In this document: positions 1 through 9,781 of the stretch, in pieces | How the letters are laid out: every line of letters starts with the position of its first letter | Position numbering within the stretch: the first letter of the stretch is position 1 | DNA from: Gammaproteobacteria bacterium | Lineage (GTDB): Bacteria; Pseudomonadota; Gammaproteobacteria; UBA6186; Azoamicaceae | Length of the DNA: 31,951 nucleotides | Direction: 5' to 3' | Assembly: GCA_046090565.1 (NCBI GenBank) | Contig: JBJSZW010000078.1 | Location: 1 to 31,951, forward strand | The notes under the pieces: generated by a model | What the model was told of the DNA's origin: nothing | Seen by the model: only the letters and a program-made list of their open reading frames with translations | Databases searched by the model: none | Position numbers and translations under genes: made by a program

Positions 1-1038
1 TTCAAAGGCGCGAGTAGCAAATTCGATGCGATCATAAAGAGTCTTTTGACCGGTTATAATGTATCGAACCTGTGCTGTGGATATCTTTTCAGATAATTTT
101 AACTCACTTAATATCCTGTGTCCAGGTTGTGTTTGACGTAATCTTTCCCAACTTAAACTGGTTCTAAAACCTGTGTCTGTTCCATAACCCAAGCCAAATA
201 AATAGCGATTAGAAGGTAAATCGTTTAATTTAACGCGTACAGGGATTTTATTGTCTTGAACCAGGTCCCATTCGGCAATGGCATGTACTTTAGAGAATAA
301 CTGAGAATTATTTAAGTTTTTTTGCAATTTTAAGATATTTTTAGGTGTATAGATGCTATTGGGTTTAAAGGGAATGTATTTTTGCAAGTAAGCACTCTCA
401 TATTTTTTGCTTTCAAACCGAATGTTTCCAAAATAAAACAAAGGGCCTGTTTCTAAATGTAAAATAATTTTTGCCTTCAGTTCATCAGGATTAATAATCA
501 CTTGATTCTTTGAAAAATATGCTTGAACATAGCCATTTTGAAGCGCTTGATTCAAAAGTTCTAATTTGAATTTTTCATAGAGGCCTATGTTTAAACGTTG
601 ATTCATTTGCCAGGGGATATTAATTTCTTCTGTTTCTAAAAACAAACCAGGCTTACCATTGATCAAAATTTCTTGAGAACCTAGGATAATGGGTCTTATT
701 TTTTGAATATGGTAATTAATAAAAACCAAAGTGTTATTTTTTTTATCTAGGCCTGTTTTAAAATCAGAATTGTATTGATCCAGTAAATAGCCTAAATTTA
801 ATAATTTTAATTTTAATTCTTGGCCAGAGAGTTGGTAGAGGGCTTTAATCTCCTGTAAAGAACTTTGTTCGGTTTTAAGGTTGTTGATGCTTAAAGAATC
901 ACGTACCAATTGGCTTTCTGTTTCAGGTAATCCAGTGATTTTAATAGAAATTTTAAAGTTTTCAGCAAAGCTTAGGTGAGTATTAAAAAAAATAAATAGG
1001 AGAAACAGAGGTGATAAACATTTATTCAGGATTTTCAA
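1..1038 (-). CDS. tamA: TamA/YtfM-like Omp85-family outer membrane protein, 5' part (runs off the left edge)
   Basis: Not in the ORF track; translated by hand. TTG at 1038 is preceded by an in-frame stop and the frame stays open to position 1. It has a signal-peptide-like start (MKILNKCLSPLFLLFIFFNTHLSFAE), a POTRA-like segment (NGYVQAYFSKNQVIINPDELKAKIILHLETGPLFYFGNI) and a barrel start (YLFGLGYGTDTGFRTSLSWER), all typical of TamA. Confidence 0.8.
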   Translation of the reverse strand, partial: MKILNKCLSPLFLLFIFFNTHLSFAENFKISIKITGLPETESQLVRDSLSINNLKTEQSSLQEIKALYQLSGQELKLKLLNLGYLLDQYNSDFKTGLDKKNNTLVFINYHIQKIRPIILGSQEILINGKPGLFLETEEINIPWQMNQRLNIGLYEKFKLELLNQALQNGYVQAYFSKNQVIINPDELKAKIILHLETGPLFYFGNIRFESKKYESAYLQKYIPFKPNSIYTPKNILKLQKNLNNSQLFSKVHAIAEWDLVQDNKIPVRVKLNDLPSNRYLFGLGYGTDTGFRTSLSWERLRQTQPGHRILSELKLSEKISTAQVRYIITGQKTLYDRIEFATRAFE

Positions 1039-2332
1039 GGCTTAAGATTCCCGCGTCAAAATCATAGGCAAAAATTTCGGCATATCGACCCCAATCAATA
1101 ATCACTTTAAGTACTTTTTCAGCCTCTTCTTCACTGAGATTAGAAAGCAATAGTTCCAGAAAAACTTCTTCGCTGATGCGATGGCTTGCTGCAATTTCCA
1201 GCGTATCACGAATGTATTTCGCCAGGGGAATATAATTTAACAAATGTTTGGCGAATAAATGTTTGCGTTCTAAAATTTCGGCATCCGCAAATTTTCGGCC
1301 GGCTTCTGTGTATTGTAGGTTCCCATTGGAAATTTTGGTAAAACGTAACATGTCTAAGGCTTCGGTCAGTGGAAAAAGATTATTTAAATCCAAATGCAAT
1401 TCATCGGCCAAAGTAGGTAAATCTACAAAACCTTCAGTTTCATGCGCTTGCATCGATTCTAAAAGGCCTGCTAATTCAGAAACGCTGACTTCTGGTAAGC
1501 GATAGGCAAATTCCAGGTGTTGTTCTAGGGCCGATAAGCGCTGGGGTTGAATTTTTGCTTTGGCTTTGGCTAGGCGAGCTCTTTCGCTAACAGTCAGTAA
1601 ATTATAGATGCGACTGATTAATTTTCTAACTTCTGGGCTTTGAGTATCGCGGGGATAGGGCAGATCAATGGCCAATTCTGCATGGATGCGTCCCGGATCC
1701 GAGGCAAAAATCACCACCCGATCAGCCAAAAGAATGGCTTCTTCAATATCGTGGGTGACACAAATAATGCTTTTGGTTTGAGTTTTTCCAGCAGACCATA
1801 ATTCTAGCAGATCATTTCGTAAGTTTTCTGCAGTTAAAATATCCAGGGCAGAAAACGGTTCATCCATGATCAAAATAGCAGGTTCTACGACCAAAGCTCT
1901 TGCAAAACCCACGCGCTGACGCATCCCCCCCGATAATTCTTTGGGGTAGGCTGATTCAAAACCATCTAAGCCTATCATATCTATCGCCTGAAGGGCTTTG
2001 GCTCGGCGTTCTTTTTCAGGCAGTCCCAGGGCTTCTAGGCCCAATTCTACATTTTCAAGCACTGTGAGCCATGGTAGGAGCGCAAATTGTTGAAAAACCA
2101 TGGCCAAATTTGGATGGTCATGTAATAGAATATCGCCAGAGCTGGGGGGGAGCAAGCCTGAAATAATCTTTAAAAGGGTGGATTTTCCAGAGCCAGATTT
2201 TCCCAAAAGCGCTAAAAATTCGCCCTCTTTGAGTGTTAAATTGATATTACTCAATACCAAATTATCATTGCCTTCTGTATTTTTAAAAATTTTATTTAAA
2301 TTTTTAACTTGTAATAAATCTTGTTTCATCAT
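1022..2332 (-). CDS. NitT/TauT-family ABC transporter ATP-binding protein with C-terminal extension (AAA_assoc_C-like)
   Basis: Walker A GKSGSGKS, signature LSGGMRQRV, Walker B ILIMDEPF, H-loop VTHD; about 170-aa C-terminal extra domain ending IIDWGRYAEIFAYD. Confidence 0.88.
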   Translation of the reverse strand: MMKQDLLQVKNLNKIFKNTEGNDNLVLSNINLTLKEGEFLALLGKSGSGKSTLLKIISGLLPPSSGDILLHDHPNLAMVFQQFALLPWLTVLENVELGLEALGLPEKERRAKALQAIDMIGLDGFESAYPKELSGGMRQRVGFARALVVEPAILIMDEPFSALDILTAENLRNDLLELWSAGKTQTKSIICVTHDIEEAILLADRVVIFASDPGRIHAELAIDLPYPRDTQSPEVRKLISRIYNLLTVSERARLAKAKAKIQPQRLSALEQHLEFAYRLPEVSVSELAGLLESMQAHETEGFVDLPTLADELHLDLNNLFPLTEALDMLRFTKISNGNLQYTEAGRKFADAEILERKHLFAKHLLNYIPLAKYIRDTLEIAASHRISEEVFLELLLSNLSEEEAEKVLKVIIDWGRYAEIFAYDFDAGILSLENPE

Positions 2333-2333
2333 T

Positions 2334-4094
2334 TTAAGAGTACCTGTCTATACTAAAGCGCTCGGCAGCCAAGTTATAGCACTTTTGCCAAATCAAGCGG
2401 TTCATGATCACCACATAAAGGCACATCACGCTCAAACCCAATACAATTCTAGGAAAGTCCCCCGCGTTGGTGTTCGAAACAATATAGGCTCCCAAACCCT
2501 TGGCTACTAGGGTTTGATCCCCCCAGGTGAGCACGTCTGCAACAATGGCAGCATTCCAGCAACCACCTGCAGCCGCCATGGCTCCTGTAATATAGGAGGG
2601 AAAAATAGCCGGCAGGATCAATTTTCGCCAAGCCAAAAATCCTTTAATTTTGAAACTTTCACAAGCTGTTTTGAGTTCTTTTGGAATCATCAAGGTGCCT
2701 GAAATTACATTGAATAAAATATACCATTGATTACCAATAATCATCAGGGGAGAGCTGAAAATATCAATCGATAAACCATGCTTAGCAATCAGGAAAAAAA
2801 ACAGAGGCCAAAGTAAATTGGCTGGGAAGGCCGCTAAAAATTGGGCCAAAGGCAAGGCAATTTTAGCCCATTGGGGCCGAAAACCAATCCATACTCCAAT
2901 AGGTACCCACAATACAGAAGCCAAGAGTACTAAGATAATCACTTTGATACAGGTAATTGCTCCTAATTCCAGCACCAAATAAATTTCGGGAACAAAATTT
3001 AAATAATCTTTATGATCCCTATAAAAAATATTTAACCAATGAAAGATCCAGTAGGACAAACCAAGTGCTAAAAGACTGTACAATAAAACTTCCCTATGAG
3101 GTATTTTGAAGCGAAATTTAAATGCAGAATTAAACTGTAATTTTTCAAAATTATTGAACAAGCCTTTAAATAAATTGTGAATAAAATAATCTTTAAATCC
3201 CGAAATTTTGGGTGAAATTTTATTCTTAATCCATAGCGTTTTGTTTAAAATATCATAAAGCCAAGAAGAATGATTGATACGATAAGGATCGGCATCTACC
3301 AGAAATTTTTCTGACCAAGCCAAAAGGGGACGAAAAAATAATTGATCATAGAGAAAAATAATGAATAATAAAGCAAAAGCTGCATAGGCAATGGCTTGTA
3401 AATTAGATTGTTCAATAGCCAAATGAATGTAAGAACCAATGCCAGGCAGGGTGATTTTTTGGTTAGAAACAGCAATAGCTTCTGCCGCCACTACAAAGAA
3501 CCAGCCGGCAGACATGGACACCATGGCATTCCAGACCAAGCCAGGTACAGCATGGGGTACCTCGATTTTCCAGAAACGTTGCCAGGCGCTTAAATGAAAC
3601 ATTTGAGCCACATCCCGCCAAGGTTCGGGTAGGGTTTTAATGGATTGATAGAAGCTTAAGGCCATGTTCCAAACTTGGGAGGTAAAAATGGCAAAAATGG
3701 CGGCGCATTCGGGCCCTAAAAGGGAATTTTCAAACAGGCTGATAAAGCCTACCAAGGTCATGGATTGTATGCCCAAAATAGGAATGGATTGCAAGATATC
3801 AATGCTCGATAAAATAAAGTTTTCTAATTTGCGGTATTTGGCTGCCAGAAGCCCGATCAGCAAAGAAAAAATCAAAGAAAAAGCCAATGCAATGAACATG
3901 CGGGTAATGGTTCTTAAGCCATAGAAGGGTAAAACCCAGGGGTTTAAATCAATGGGCAGAGTTTTTCCTAATTGGTAGGGTAGGGACATTTGTTCAGCTG
4001 CCCAGCACAGCGCTGCCAAAATAGAAAAGGCCAAAACCAGAATAATCAAGTCCCAGATGTTAAATTGCTTGTTTTTTAAATTAAAAGTGGACAA
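2334..4094 (-). CDS. ABC transporter permease with two tandem type I permease domains (NitT/TauT-like)
   Basis: 586 aa with many TM segments and two EAA-like loops (WRDVAQMFHLSAWQRFWKIEVPHAVP; LKTACESFKIKGFLAWRKLILPAIFP). Its stop lies 1 bp before the ATPase start. Confidence 0.85.
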   Translation of the reverse strand: MSTFNLKNKQFNIWDLIILVLAFSILAALCWAAEQMSLPYQLGKTLPIDLNPWVLPFYGLRTITRMFIALAFSLIFSLLIGLLAAKYRKLENFILSSIDILQSIPILGIQSMTLVGFISLFENSLLGPECAAIFAIFTSQVWNMALSFYQSIKTLPEPWRDVAQMFHLSAWQRFWKIEVPHAVPGLVWNAMVSMSAGWFFVVAAEAIAVSNQKITLPGIGSYIHLAIEQSNLQAIAYAAFALLFIIFLYDQLFFRPLLAWSEKFLVDADPYRINHSSWLYDILNKTLWIKNKISPKISGFKDYFIHNLFKGLFNNFEKLQFNSAFKFRFKIPHREVLLYSLLALGLSYWIFHWLNIFYRDHKDYLNFVPEIYLVLELGAITCIKVIILVLLASVLWVPIGVWIGFRPQWAKIALPLAQFLAAFPANLLWPLFFFLIAKHGLSIDIFSSPLMIIGNQWYILFNVISGTLMIPKELKTACESFKIKGFLAWRKLILPAIFPSYITGAMAAAGGCWNAAIVADVLTWGDQTLVAKGLGAYIVSNTNAGDFPRIVLGLSVMCLYVVIMNRLIWQKCYNLAAERFSIDRYS

Positions 4095-4178
4095 AATGCT
4101 AGAACCTAAAATTGAAGTCTTGGGTAAAGCTATATTTTAGGTTATTTTGAGTCCACTAAACAGTAGCGATAGACATGC

Positions 4179-4212
4179 GTTGAATCATATGTTGAATCAC
4201 ATATTGATTCAC
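4179..4212. repeat. Three degenerate 12-bp units containing the inverted repeat TGAATCA-N5-TGATTCA
   Basis: gttgaatcatat / gttgaatcacat / attgattcac, located at the murB stop about 90-110 bp upstream of the permease start. Confidence 0.55.
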
Positions 4213-5075
4213 GAAAGTATTTTAAATTCCCTCTCTAAAACAATGCCATAGGCTTTGAAAACCTCGGACTCAATGTGTTTTACCAATTCTAAAACATCCT
4301 GAGCCCTGGCTTGCCCCAAGTTAATAATAAAATTAGCATGTTTTTCAGAGACAACGGCATTGCCGATGCGATAATTTTTAAGATTAAGTTGGTTAATTAA
4401 AACCGCAGCATGATGTCCGGGTGGATTTTTAAAAACAGAGCCACAATTGTGGGTGCCAATGGGTTGTTTTTGTTGGCGCTCTTGGAGCAGGGCTTTTATT
4501 TTTGTTTCTGCAGCCAAGGTATCACCTGGTTTGAATGCAAAGGCAGCACCTACAAACCATAGAGATTCTGTGATGCTTTTCGGAAATTGAATATGCCGGT
4601 AAAAAATTTCAAAATCTTCTTTCAAATAACGCTTAATTTCACCTTGGGTATTGATTAAATCGGCAAAAATCAAATGCTCCCAAGTTTCACCTCCCCAGGC
4701 ACCAGCATTCATACGCAAAGCCCCGCCCATGGTGCCGGGAATCCCGGAAAAAAATTCAGCGCCTACGAAACCTTGTTTGGCTGCAAATTTAGAAAATTTA
4801 GCACAAGTCACACCTGCTTCTGTATAAATTAGGCCATCTGAATCCAGTTCTAATTTTTTTAAAGCATTCAAGGTATGAATCAAAACCCCATTTATACCAT
4901 TGTCGTTAATCAGAACATTGCTTCCCAAGCCCAGCCAAGTCAGTTTCTGGCCCGCTGCTAAACTGCTTAAATATTCTTGCAAATGGCCTAAGTTTTGGGG
5001 TCTAAAATAAATTTCAGCCGGCCCTCCAATATGCCAACTGGTATAGGGGGCGAGTATTTCCTGATGCTTTAGCAT
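4209..5075 (-). CDS. murB: UDP-N-acetylenolpyruvoylglucosamine reductase
   Basis: YTSWHIGGPAE, GLGSNVL, GIPGTMGGALRMNAGA, NCGSVFKNP, VSEKHANFIIN. Confidence 0.97.
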   Translation of the reverse strand: MLKHQEILAPYTSWHIGGPAEIYFRPQNLGHLQEYLSSLAAGQKLTWLGLGSNVLINDNGINGVLIHTLNALKKLELDSDGLIYTEAGVTCAKFSKFAAKQGFVGAEFFSGIPGTMGGALRMNAGAWGGETWEHLIFADLINTQGEIKRYLKEDFEIFYRHIQFPKSITESLWFVGAAFAFKPGDTLAAETKIKALLQERQQKQPIGTHNCGSVFKNPPGHHAAVLINQLNLKNYRIGNAVVSEKHANFIINLGQARAQDVLELVKHIESEVFKAYGIVLEREFKILS

Positions 5076-6481
5076 GTTTTAGTGTTGATATTTTTTTCCA
5101 GTTGTTGGGCCAAGTTTCCAATGTCTCCAGCGCCTTGTAAAATCAAAACATCATGGGCTTGCAAAATATTTTCTAAAGTTTCAAATAAGACTGATTTGTC
5201 ATCCAAAAACACAGGTTCAATCCGAGAGCGGGCTCGAATGGCACGGGCCAAGGAACGTCCGTCCGCCCCTGAAATAGAATCTTCTCCAGCAGAATAAACT
5301 TCCAAAAGCACTAAAACATCCACCTGAGAAAGCACGTTGGCAAAGTCTTCAAATAAATCTCGCGTTCTGCTGTAGCGATGAGGCTGAAAGACCATCACGA
5401 TTCTTTGTTCGGGCCAACTGGCGCGCAATGTTTCTAGAACGGCCTTAATTTCATTGGGGTGGTGCCCATAATCATCAATCACTGGAATTTTTTTGTCTTC
5501 GATAGGCCAAGTTCCCAGGGATTGTAGGCGCCTGCCCACACCCGCAAACTTATGCAGGGCTTGTTGAATCACCGCATCGCTAATGCCAGCTTCAATTGCC
5601 ACGGTAATGGCGGCCAAGGCATTTAAAATATTGTGTTTGCCGGGCAAATTCAAAAGGATATCCAAGGGGGGTTTTTGTTTGCGATTCAAGGTAAAGCGGG
5701 AAGACCATTGTCCTAATTGAATATTAGAAGCAAAAACATCCTGATCTTCACTGAAGCCATAGGTAATGGTTGGTCGTGCAATGTCTGGCATGAGTTGCTG
5801 AATTTCGGGATCTTCACCGCAAAGAACCGCAATCCCATAGAAAGGCAAACGGTGTAAAAATTGTAAATAAGTTTGCTTCAGTTTATTAAAATCATGTTCA
5901 TAAGTACCTAAATGATCTTGATCAATATTGGTAACAATTGCAATACAAGGCATTAAATGCAAAAAAGAGGCATCGCTCTCGTCGGCCTCAGCTACAAAGT
6001 ATTCGCCGCTGCCTAGTTTGGCATGCCGTTTTAGGCTATTGAGTTTACCGCCAATCACAAAGGTAGGATCCAGGCCTGCCTCGGTTAAAATGCAGCTCAC
6101 AAGGCTCGTAGTGGTTGTTTTTCCATGCGCGCCTGCAATGGCAATACCTAGTTTAAAACGCATGAGTTCGGCCAACATCAAAGCCCTAGGTACGATGGGT
6201 AGGCGTTTTTGCAAGGCTTCCAGGCGTTCGGGGTTATCGTCTGGAATCGCGCTTGAAATAACAAGAGCATCTGCATTTTCTATATTTTCAATGGCATGTT
6301 CTTGATAAATTTTTATGTTTAGAGATTCTAGATGGTCTACCATGGTGTTGCGTTGATTGTCCGAACCACTCACTTTGTATCCCAAATTATGTAAAACTTC
6401 AGCAATGCCCCCCATGCCAGCACCGCCAATGCCCACGAAATGTAAATGTTTTATTTTTCCAAAAATTTTAGGATGCATCAT
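5069..6481 (-). CDS. murC: UDP-N-acetylmuramate--L-alanine ligase
   Basis: HFVGIGGAGMGGIAEVL, GAHGKTTTT, EADESDASF, DDYGHHPNE, FQPHRYSRT. Confidence 0.98.
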   Translation of the reverse strand: MMHPKIFGKIKHLHFVGIGGAGMGGIAEVLHNLGYKVSGSDNQRNTMVDHLESLNIKIYQEHAIENIENADALVISSAIPDDNPERLEALQKRLPIVPRALMLAELMRFKLGIAIAGAHGKTTTTSLVSCILTEAGLDPTFVIGGKLNSLKRHAKLGSGEYFVAEADESDASFLHLMPCIAIVTNIDQDHLGTYEHDFNKLKQTYLQFLHRLPFYGIAVLCGEDPEIQQLMPDIARPTITYGFSEDQDVFASNIQLGQWSSRFTLNRKQKPPLDILLNLPGKHNILNALAAITVAIEAGISDAVIQQALHKFAGVGRRLQSLGTWPIEDKKIPVIDDYGHHPNEIKAVLETLRASWPEQRIVMVFQPHRYSRTRDLFEDFANVLSQVDVLVLLEVYSAGEDSISGADGRSLARAIRARSRIEPVFLDDKSVLFETLENILQAHDVLILQGAGDIGNLAQQLEKNINTKTC

Positions 6482-7653
6482 GTGGTTTGATTCTCTATTT
6501 TTTTCTCTATGGCCTTTTTACAAAGATCAAGAATATCTTGAGTGGCTCGTGGTTGAGCCAGATGTTTTAAAGCTGCACTCATGGGGGCCAAAAGGCTTGG
6601 ATTTTGAATAAATTCTAAAATCAGGCTCATCAGGCGGGAGGTAGACAAGGCCTCTTGTGCTAATAAAATGCCCCCTTGAGCTTGGCTCAAAAGTTTTGCA
6701 TTTTGGGTTTGGTGATCATCCACTGCATGTGGAAAAGGCACTAAAACACAGGGAAGGCCCACGGTGGTTAATTCAGCAATCGTTAGTGCGCCAGCCCTAC
6801 AAATAATTAAATCAGCCCAATCATAGGCTGCTGCCATGTTTTGAATAAACGCTTCTGTTCGATAAATATTTTTATCAAAACCATCGGAGCCATGGGAAGA
6901 ATAGTGGTTTTGTACCATCTCGAAATCAGCAAGCCCTGTTTGATGCCAGACTCGAATATTGGGGGCGTTTGGGAATTTTTGGGGGACTTCCGTGTTTAAA
7001 GCAATGAGGGCCTTGGGGCAAACTTGATTCAAGGCAAAAGCGCCGCGGCTACCTCCCAGGATTAAAATTTGTAAGGGCCTCTGCCCTAATTGCCTGATGT
7101 AAGCAGCATCATAATGTTTGGGCTGGATATCTCTTCGAACCGGATTTCCCGTTAAAAATAAATTCTTCAAAGAAGCACTGTTTTTACCAAAGGCATTTGG
7201 AAAAGCACAAGCTTTATAGGTAGCCAGCTTGGATAATAAACGATTCGTTAAACCAGCAATTGAATTTTGTTCATGAATAATCAAAGGGACCCGATTTAAC
7301 CAGGCGGCTAATCCGCCGGGACCTGCTGCAAAACCTCCCATGCCCAAAATCAAGGCAGGTTGAATTTTACGAATCAAGCGGTAGGCTTCGAAAACAGATT
7401 TTAAGAGCAAAAAAGGCATTTTAAACCAAGCGCCTAAGTTTTTTCCACGTAGGCCTTGAATGCCCAAAGTATGTAGCTCGATAGGAATAGGGGCTTGGGG
7501 GACCAGCTTTTCTTCTAAACCACGGTGGGATCCTAGCCAAAAGATCTCACAACCTTCTTGGTGAAGGGCTTGTGCAATGCTGAGCCCGGGAATAATATGG
7601 CCTCCCGTGCCGCCGCTTAAGATCAAGATTTTTTTGCCAGAGATGTCAGACAT
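6478..7653 (-). CDS. murG: Undecaprenyl-PP-MurNAc-pentapeptide GlcNAc transferase
   Basis: GGTGGHIIPG, HEQNSIAGLTN, GNPVR, GGSRGA, CRAGALTIAE, DDHQTQNA. Confidence 0.97.
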   Translation of the reverse strand: MSDISGKKILILSGGTGGHIIPGLSIAQALHQEGCEIFWLGSHRGLEEKLVPQAPIPIELHTLGIQGLRGKNLGAWFKMPFLLLKSVFEAYRLIRKIQPALILGMGGFAAGPGGLAAWLNRVPLIIHEQNSIAGLTNRLLSKLATYKACAFPNAFGKNSASLKNLFLTGNPVRRDIQPKHYDAAYIRQLGQRPLQILILGGSRGAFALNQVCPKALIALNTEVPQKFPNAPNIRVWHQTGLADFEMVQNHYSSHGSDGFDKNIYRTEAFIQNMAAAYDWADLIICRAGALTIAELTTVGLPCVLVPFPHAVDDHQTQNAKLLSQAQGGILLAQEALSTSRLMSLILEFIQNPSLLAPMSAALKHLAQPRATQDILDLCKKAIEKKIENQTT

Positions 7654-7663
7654 ATTAGGGGGA

Positions 7664-7672
7664 ATTGTAACA
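7664..7672 (-). promoter_or_regulatory. Candidate extended -10 promoter for murG (TGtTACAAT)
   Basis: The minus strand reads TGTTACAAT-tccccctaat-ATG, with no Shine-Dalgarno sequence. Confidence 0.45.
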
Positions 7673-7751
7673 GTGCCTGTATTTCATAGCAATGGCGCAG
7701 GTTTCTTATAATTGTAAGAAATAGTGCATATGTCAAATATTGTGGATACAA

Positions 7752-7760
7752 TGTTATAAT
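7752..7760 (+). promoter_or_regulatory. Candidate extended -10 promoter for ftsQ (TGtTATAAT)
   Basis: Perfect TATAAT at 7755-7760 with TGn, 5 nt before the GTG at 7766. Confidence 0.55.
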
Positions 7761-7765
7761 ATGGC

Positions 7766-8536
7766 GTGATTTATTTTGGGGGTACATTGGGCTTGGCTAG
7801 ATTAGTTAGAAATATAACCTATTTTTTCATCAGCCTCATGAGTTTAGGGGCATTGCTTTTGGGTTTTTATTATTTGTGCTTAACTCCCTTCGTTTTTCCG
7901 ATAAAACGAGTGGGAGTTGCAGGTGAACTTAGGCAAACGGCAGTGCAGGATCTTAAAAAAACAGTCCTAGAACACACGAAACGAGGATTTTTTGGATTTT
8001 ATGATCGATTCTTAGAAAGAGATTTATTAAGACATCCTTGGATTCATAGTGTTTCAGTCAAAAGAATATGGCCTGATGCTGTTGAAATTAAATTAACAGA
8101 ACACGCAATTTTTGCATCGTACTTAGACAAAGAACTGATAGATACTCATGGTACGCTATTATTAAGGGAAGTCGTAGGCAATGATCTAACGAAGCTTACA
8201 TTACCTCAGTTTGTTGGTCCAAGGAATAAAATATCAGAAATGACGCAGAAATATAAACGTGTGAGTGAATTTTTAGAACGTTTTGATTTGAAAATTCAAC
8301 GTTGGGTTCTAACCGAGGATGGGTCTTGGGAGGCTAACTTGAATAATGGGATTATAATTATTTTAGGTAAGTCAGAAATTGAACAACGTTTACATCGATT
8401 TGAATTGGCTTATCCAAAAATTTTACGCAACCACTTATCAGACCTGGCCTATGTGGATTTGCGGTACAAAAGAGGTTTGGCCTTGGGTTGGAAATCAGGT
8501 GCGAAACCTAATCATAAAGCAGAGGTGATTCGATGA
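7766..8536 (+). CDS. ftsQ: Cell division protein FtsQ
   Basis: N-terminal TM segment, POTRA motif (HPWIHSVSVKRIWPDAVEIKLTEH), C-terminal YVDLRYKRGLALGW; directly upstream of ftsA. The start may instead be TTG at 7787 or 7793. Confidence 0.92.
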   Translation: MIYFGGTLGLARLVRNITYFFISLMSLGALLLGFYYLCLTPFVFPIKRVGVAGELRQTAVQDLKKTVLEHTKRGFFGFYDRFLERDLLRHPWIHSVSVKRIWPDAVEIKLTEHAIFASYLDKELIDTHGTLLLREVVGNDLTKLTLPQFVGPRNKISEMTQKYKRVSEFLERFDLKIQRWVLTEDGSWEANLNNGIIIILGKSEIEQRLHRFELAYPKILRNHLSDLAYVDLRYKRGLALGWKSGAKPNHKAEVIR

Positions 8537-9771
8537 TGTCGAAGAAGCAGGATAAGAATTGGGTAGTAGGCTTAGACATAGGCACCTCTAAGATAGTTGT
8601 CTTGGTAGGTGAAATTACAGAGGATGAAAAATTAGACATAGTCGGCGTGGGTTGTCAGCCTTCATTTGGTTTGAAAAAAGGGGTTGTTGTTAACGTAGAT
8701 GCCACGGTTCAATCTTTGCAAAAAGCTGTAGAAGAAGCCGAAATAATGGCGGGTTGCAGCATTAACAGTGTTTATACAGGTATTGCCGGTAGCCATATTC
8801 GAAGCATTAATTCACACGGTATTGTCGCCATTCACGACAATGAAGTGTCAGCCCAAGATGTAGAACGTGTTTTAGAAGCAGCCAAAGCTGTTCCCATTCC
8901 TGCGGATCAAAAAATATTACATGCCCTGCCCCAAGAATTCGTAGTCGATGGCCAAGACGGCATCAAAGATCCGATTGGCATGTCGGGTATTCGTTTGGAA
9001 GCTCGGGTTCATATGGTAACAGGGGCAGTGAGTGCCGCTCAAAATATTGTGAAATGCATTAGGCGCTGTGGCTTGGAAGTGGAAGACATGGTTTTGCAGC
9101 CCTTGGCTTCTAGCTATGCGGTATTAACTGAAGATGAAAAACAATTAGGAGTGTGTTTGATCGATATTGGTGGCGGAACAACTGATGTTGCTGTGTTTGT
9201 GCAAGGGGCTATTTGCCATACTGCAGTGATTCCAATCGCTGGCGATCAAATTACCAATGATCTAGCGGTCGCTTTAAGAGTACCCAGTCAGTCTGCTGAA
9301 GCTTTGAAAGTGCAGTATGCCTGCGCTATGCGGTCTTTAGTAGCCGATCAAGATACGGTGGAAGTGGAGGGTTTAGGCGATAGGCCCAATCGCATTATTC
9401 CCCGTTACATGGTCGCCGAAGTGGTGGAACCTCGCTATGAAGAATTATTTAGCTTGGTACACAAAGAATTATTAAAATCTGGAATGCTAGAAAAAATACA
9501 TGCAGGAATTGTATTAACAGGCGGCAGTTCTCGCATGGAAGGCGTTTTGTATTTGGCAGAAGACTTGTTTCAATTGCCTGTGCGCCTGGGCTTGCCTCGG
9601 GATGTTACAGGATTAGTCGATGTGGTAAAAAATCCTAGTTATGCAACTGGGGTTGGTTTACTATTGTATGGTCATCAATCACATTTGCGCAGCCAATTGT
9701 CTTTGCTGAATCATCCGGGTTTAAAGGGTTGGTTTCGTCGGGCAAAACGTTGGTTTCAGGGTAACTTTTAG
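8533..9771 (+). CDS. ftsA: Cell division protein FtsA
   Basis: [38 protein letters not shown]-terminal amphipathic [13 protein letters not shown]. Confidence 0.98.
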   Translation: MMSKKQDKNWVVGLDIGTSKIVVLVGEITEDEKLDIVGVGCQPSFGLKKGVVVNVDATVQSLQKAVEEAEIMAGCSINSVYTGIAGSHIRSINSHGIVAIHDNEVSAQDVERVLEAAKAVPIPADQKILHALPQEFVVDGQDGIKDPIGMSGIRLEARVHMVTGAVSAAQNIVKCIRRCGLEVEDMVLQPLASSYAVLTEDEKQLGVCLIDIGGGTTDVAVFVQGAICHTAVIPIAGDQITNDLAVALRVPSQSAEALKVQYACAMRSLVADQDTVEVEGLGDRPNRIIPRYMVAEVVEPRYEELFSLVHKELLKSGMLEKIHAGIVLTGGSSRMEGVLYLAEDLFQLPVRLGLPRDVTGLVDVVKNPSYATGVGLLLYGHQSHLRSQLSLLNHPGLKGWFRRAKRWFQGNF

Positions 9772-9781
9772 GAGAAAGACA

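Noticed and set aside
7741-7749. DnaA-box-like TGTGGATAC upstream of ftsQ
   Set aside because: A single 8/9 match is expected by chance, and there is no cluster suggesting an origin.
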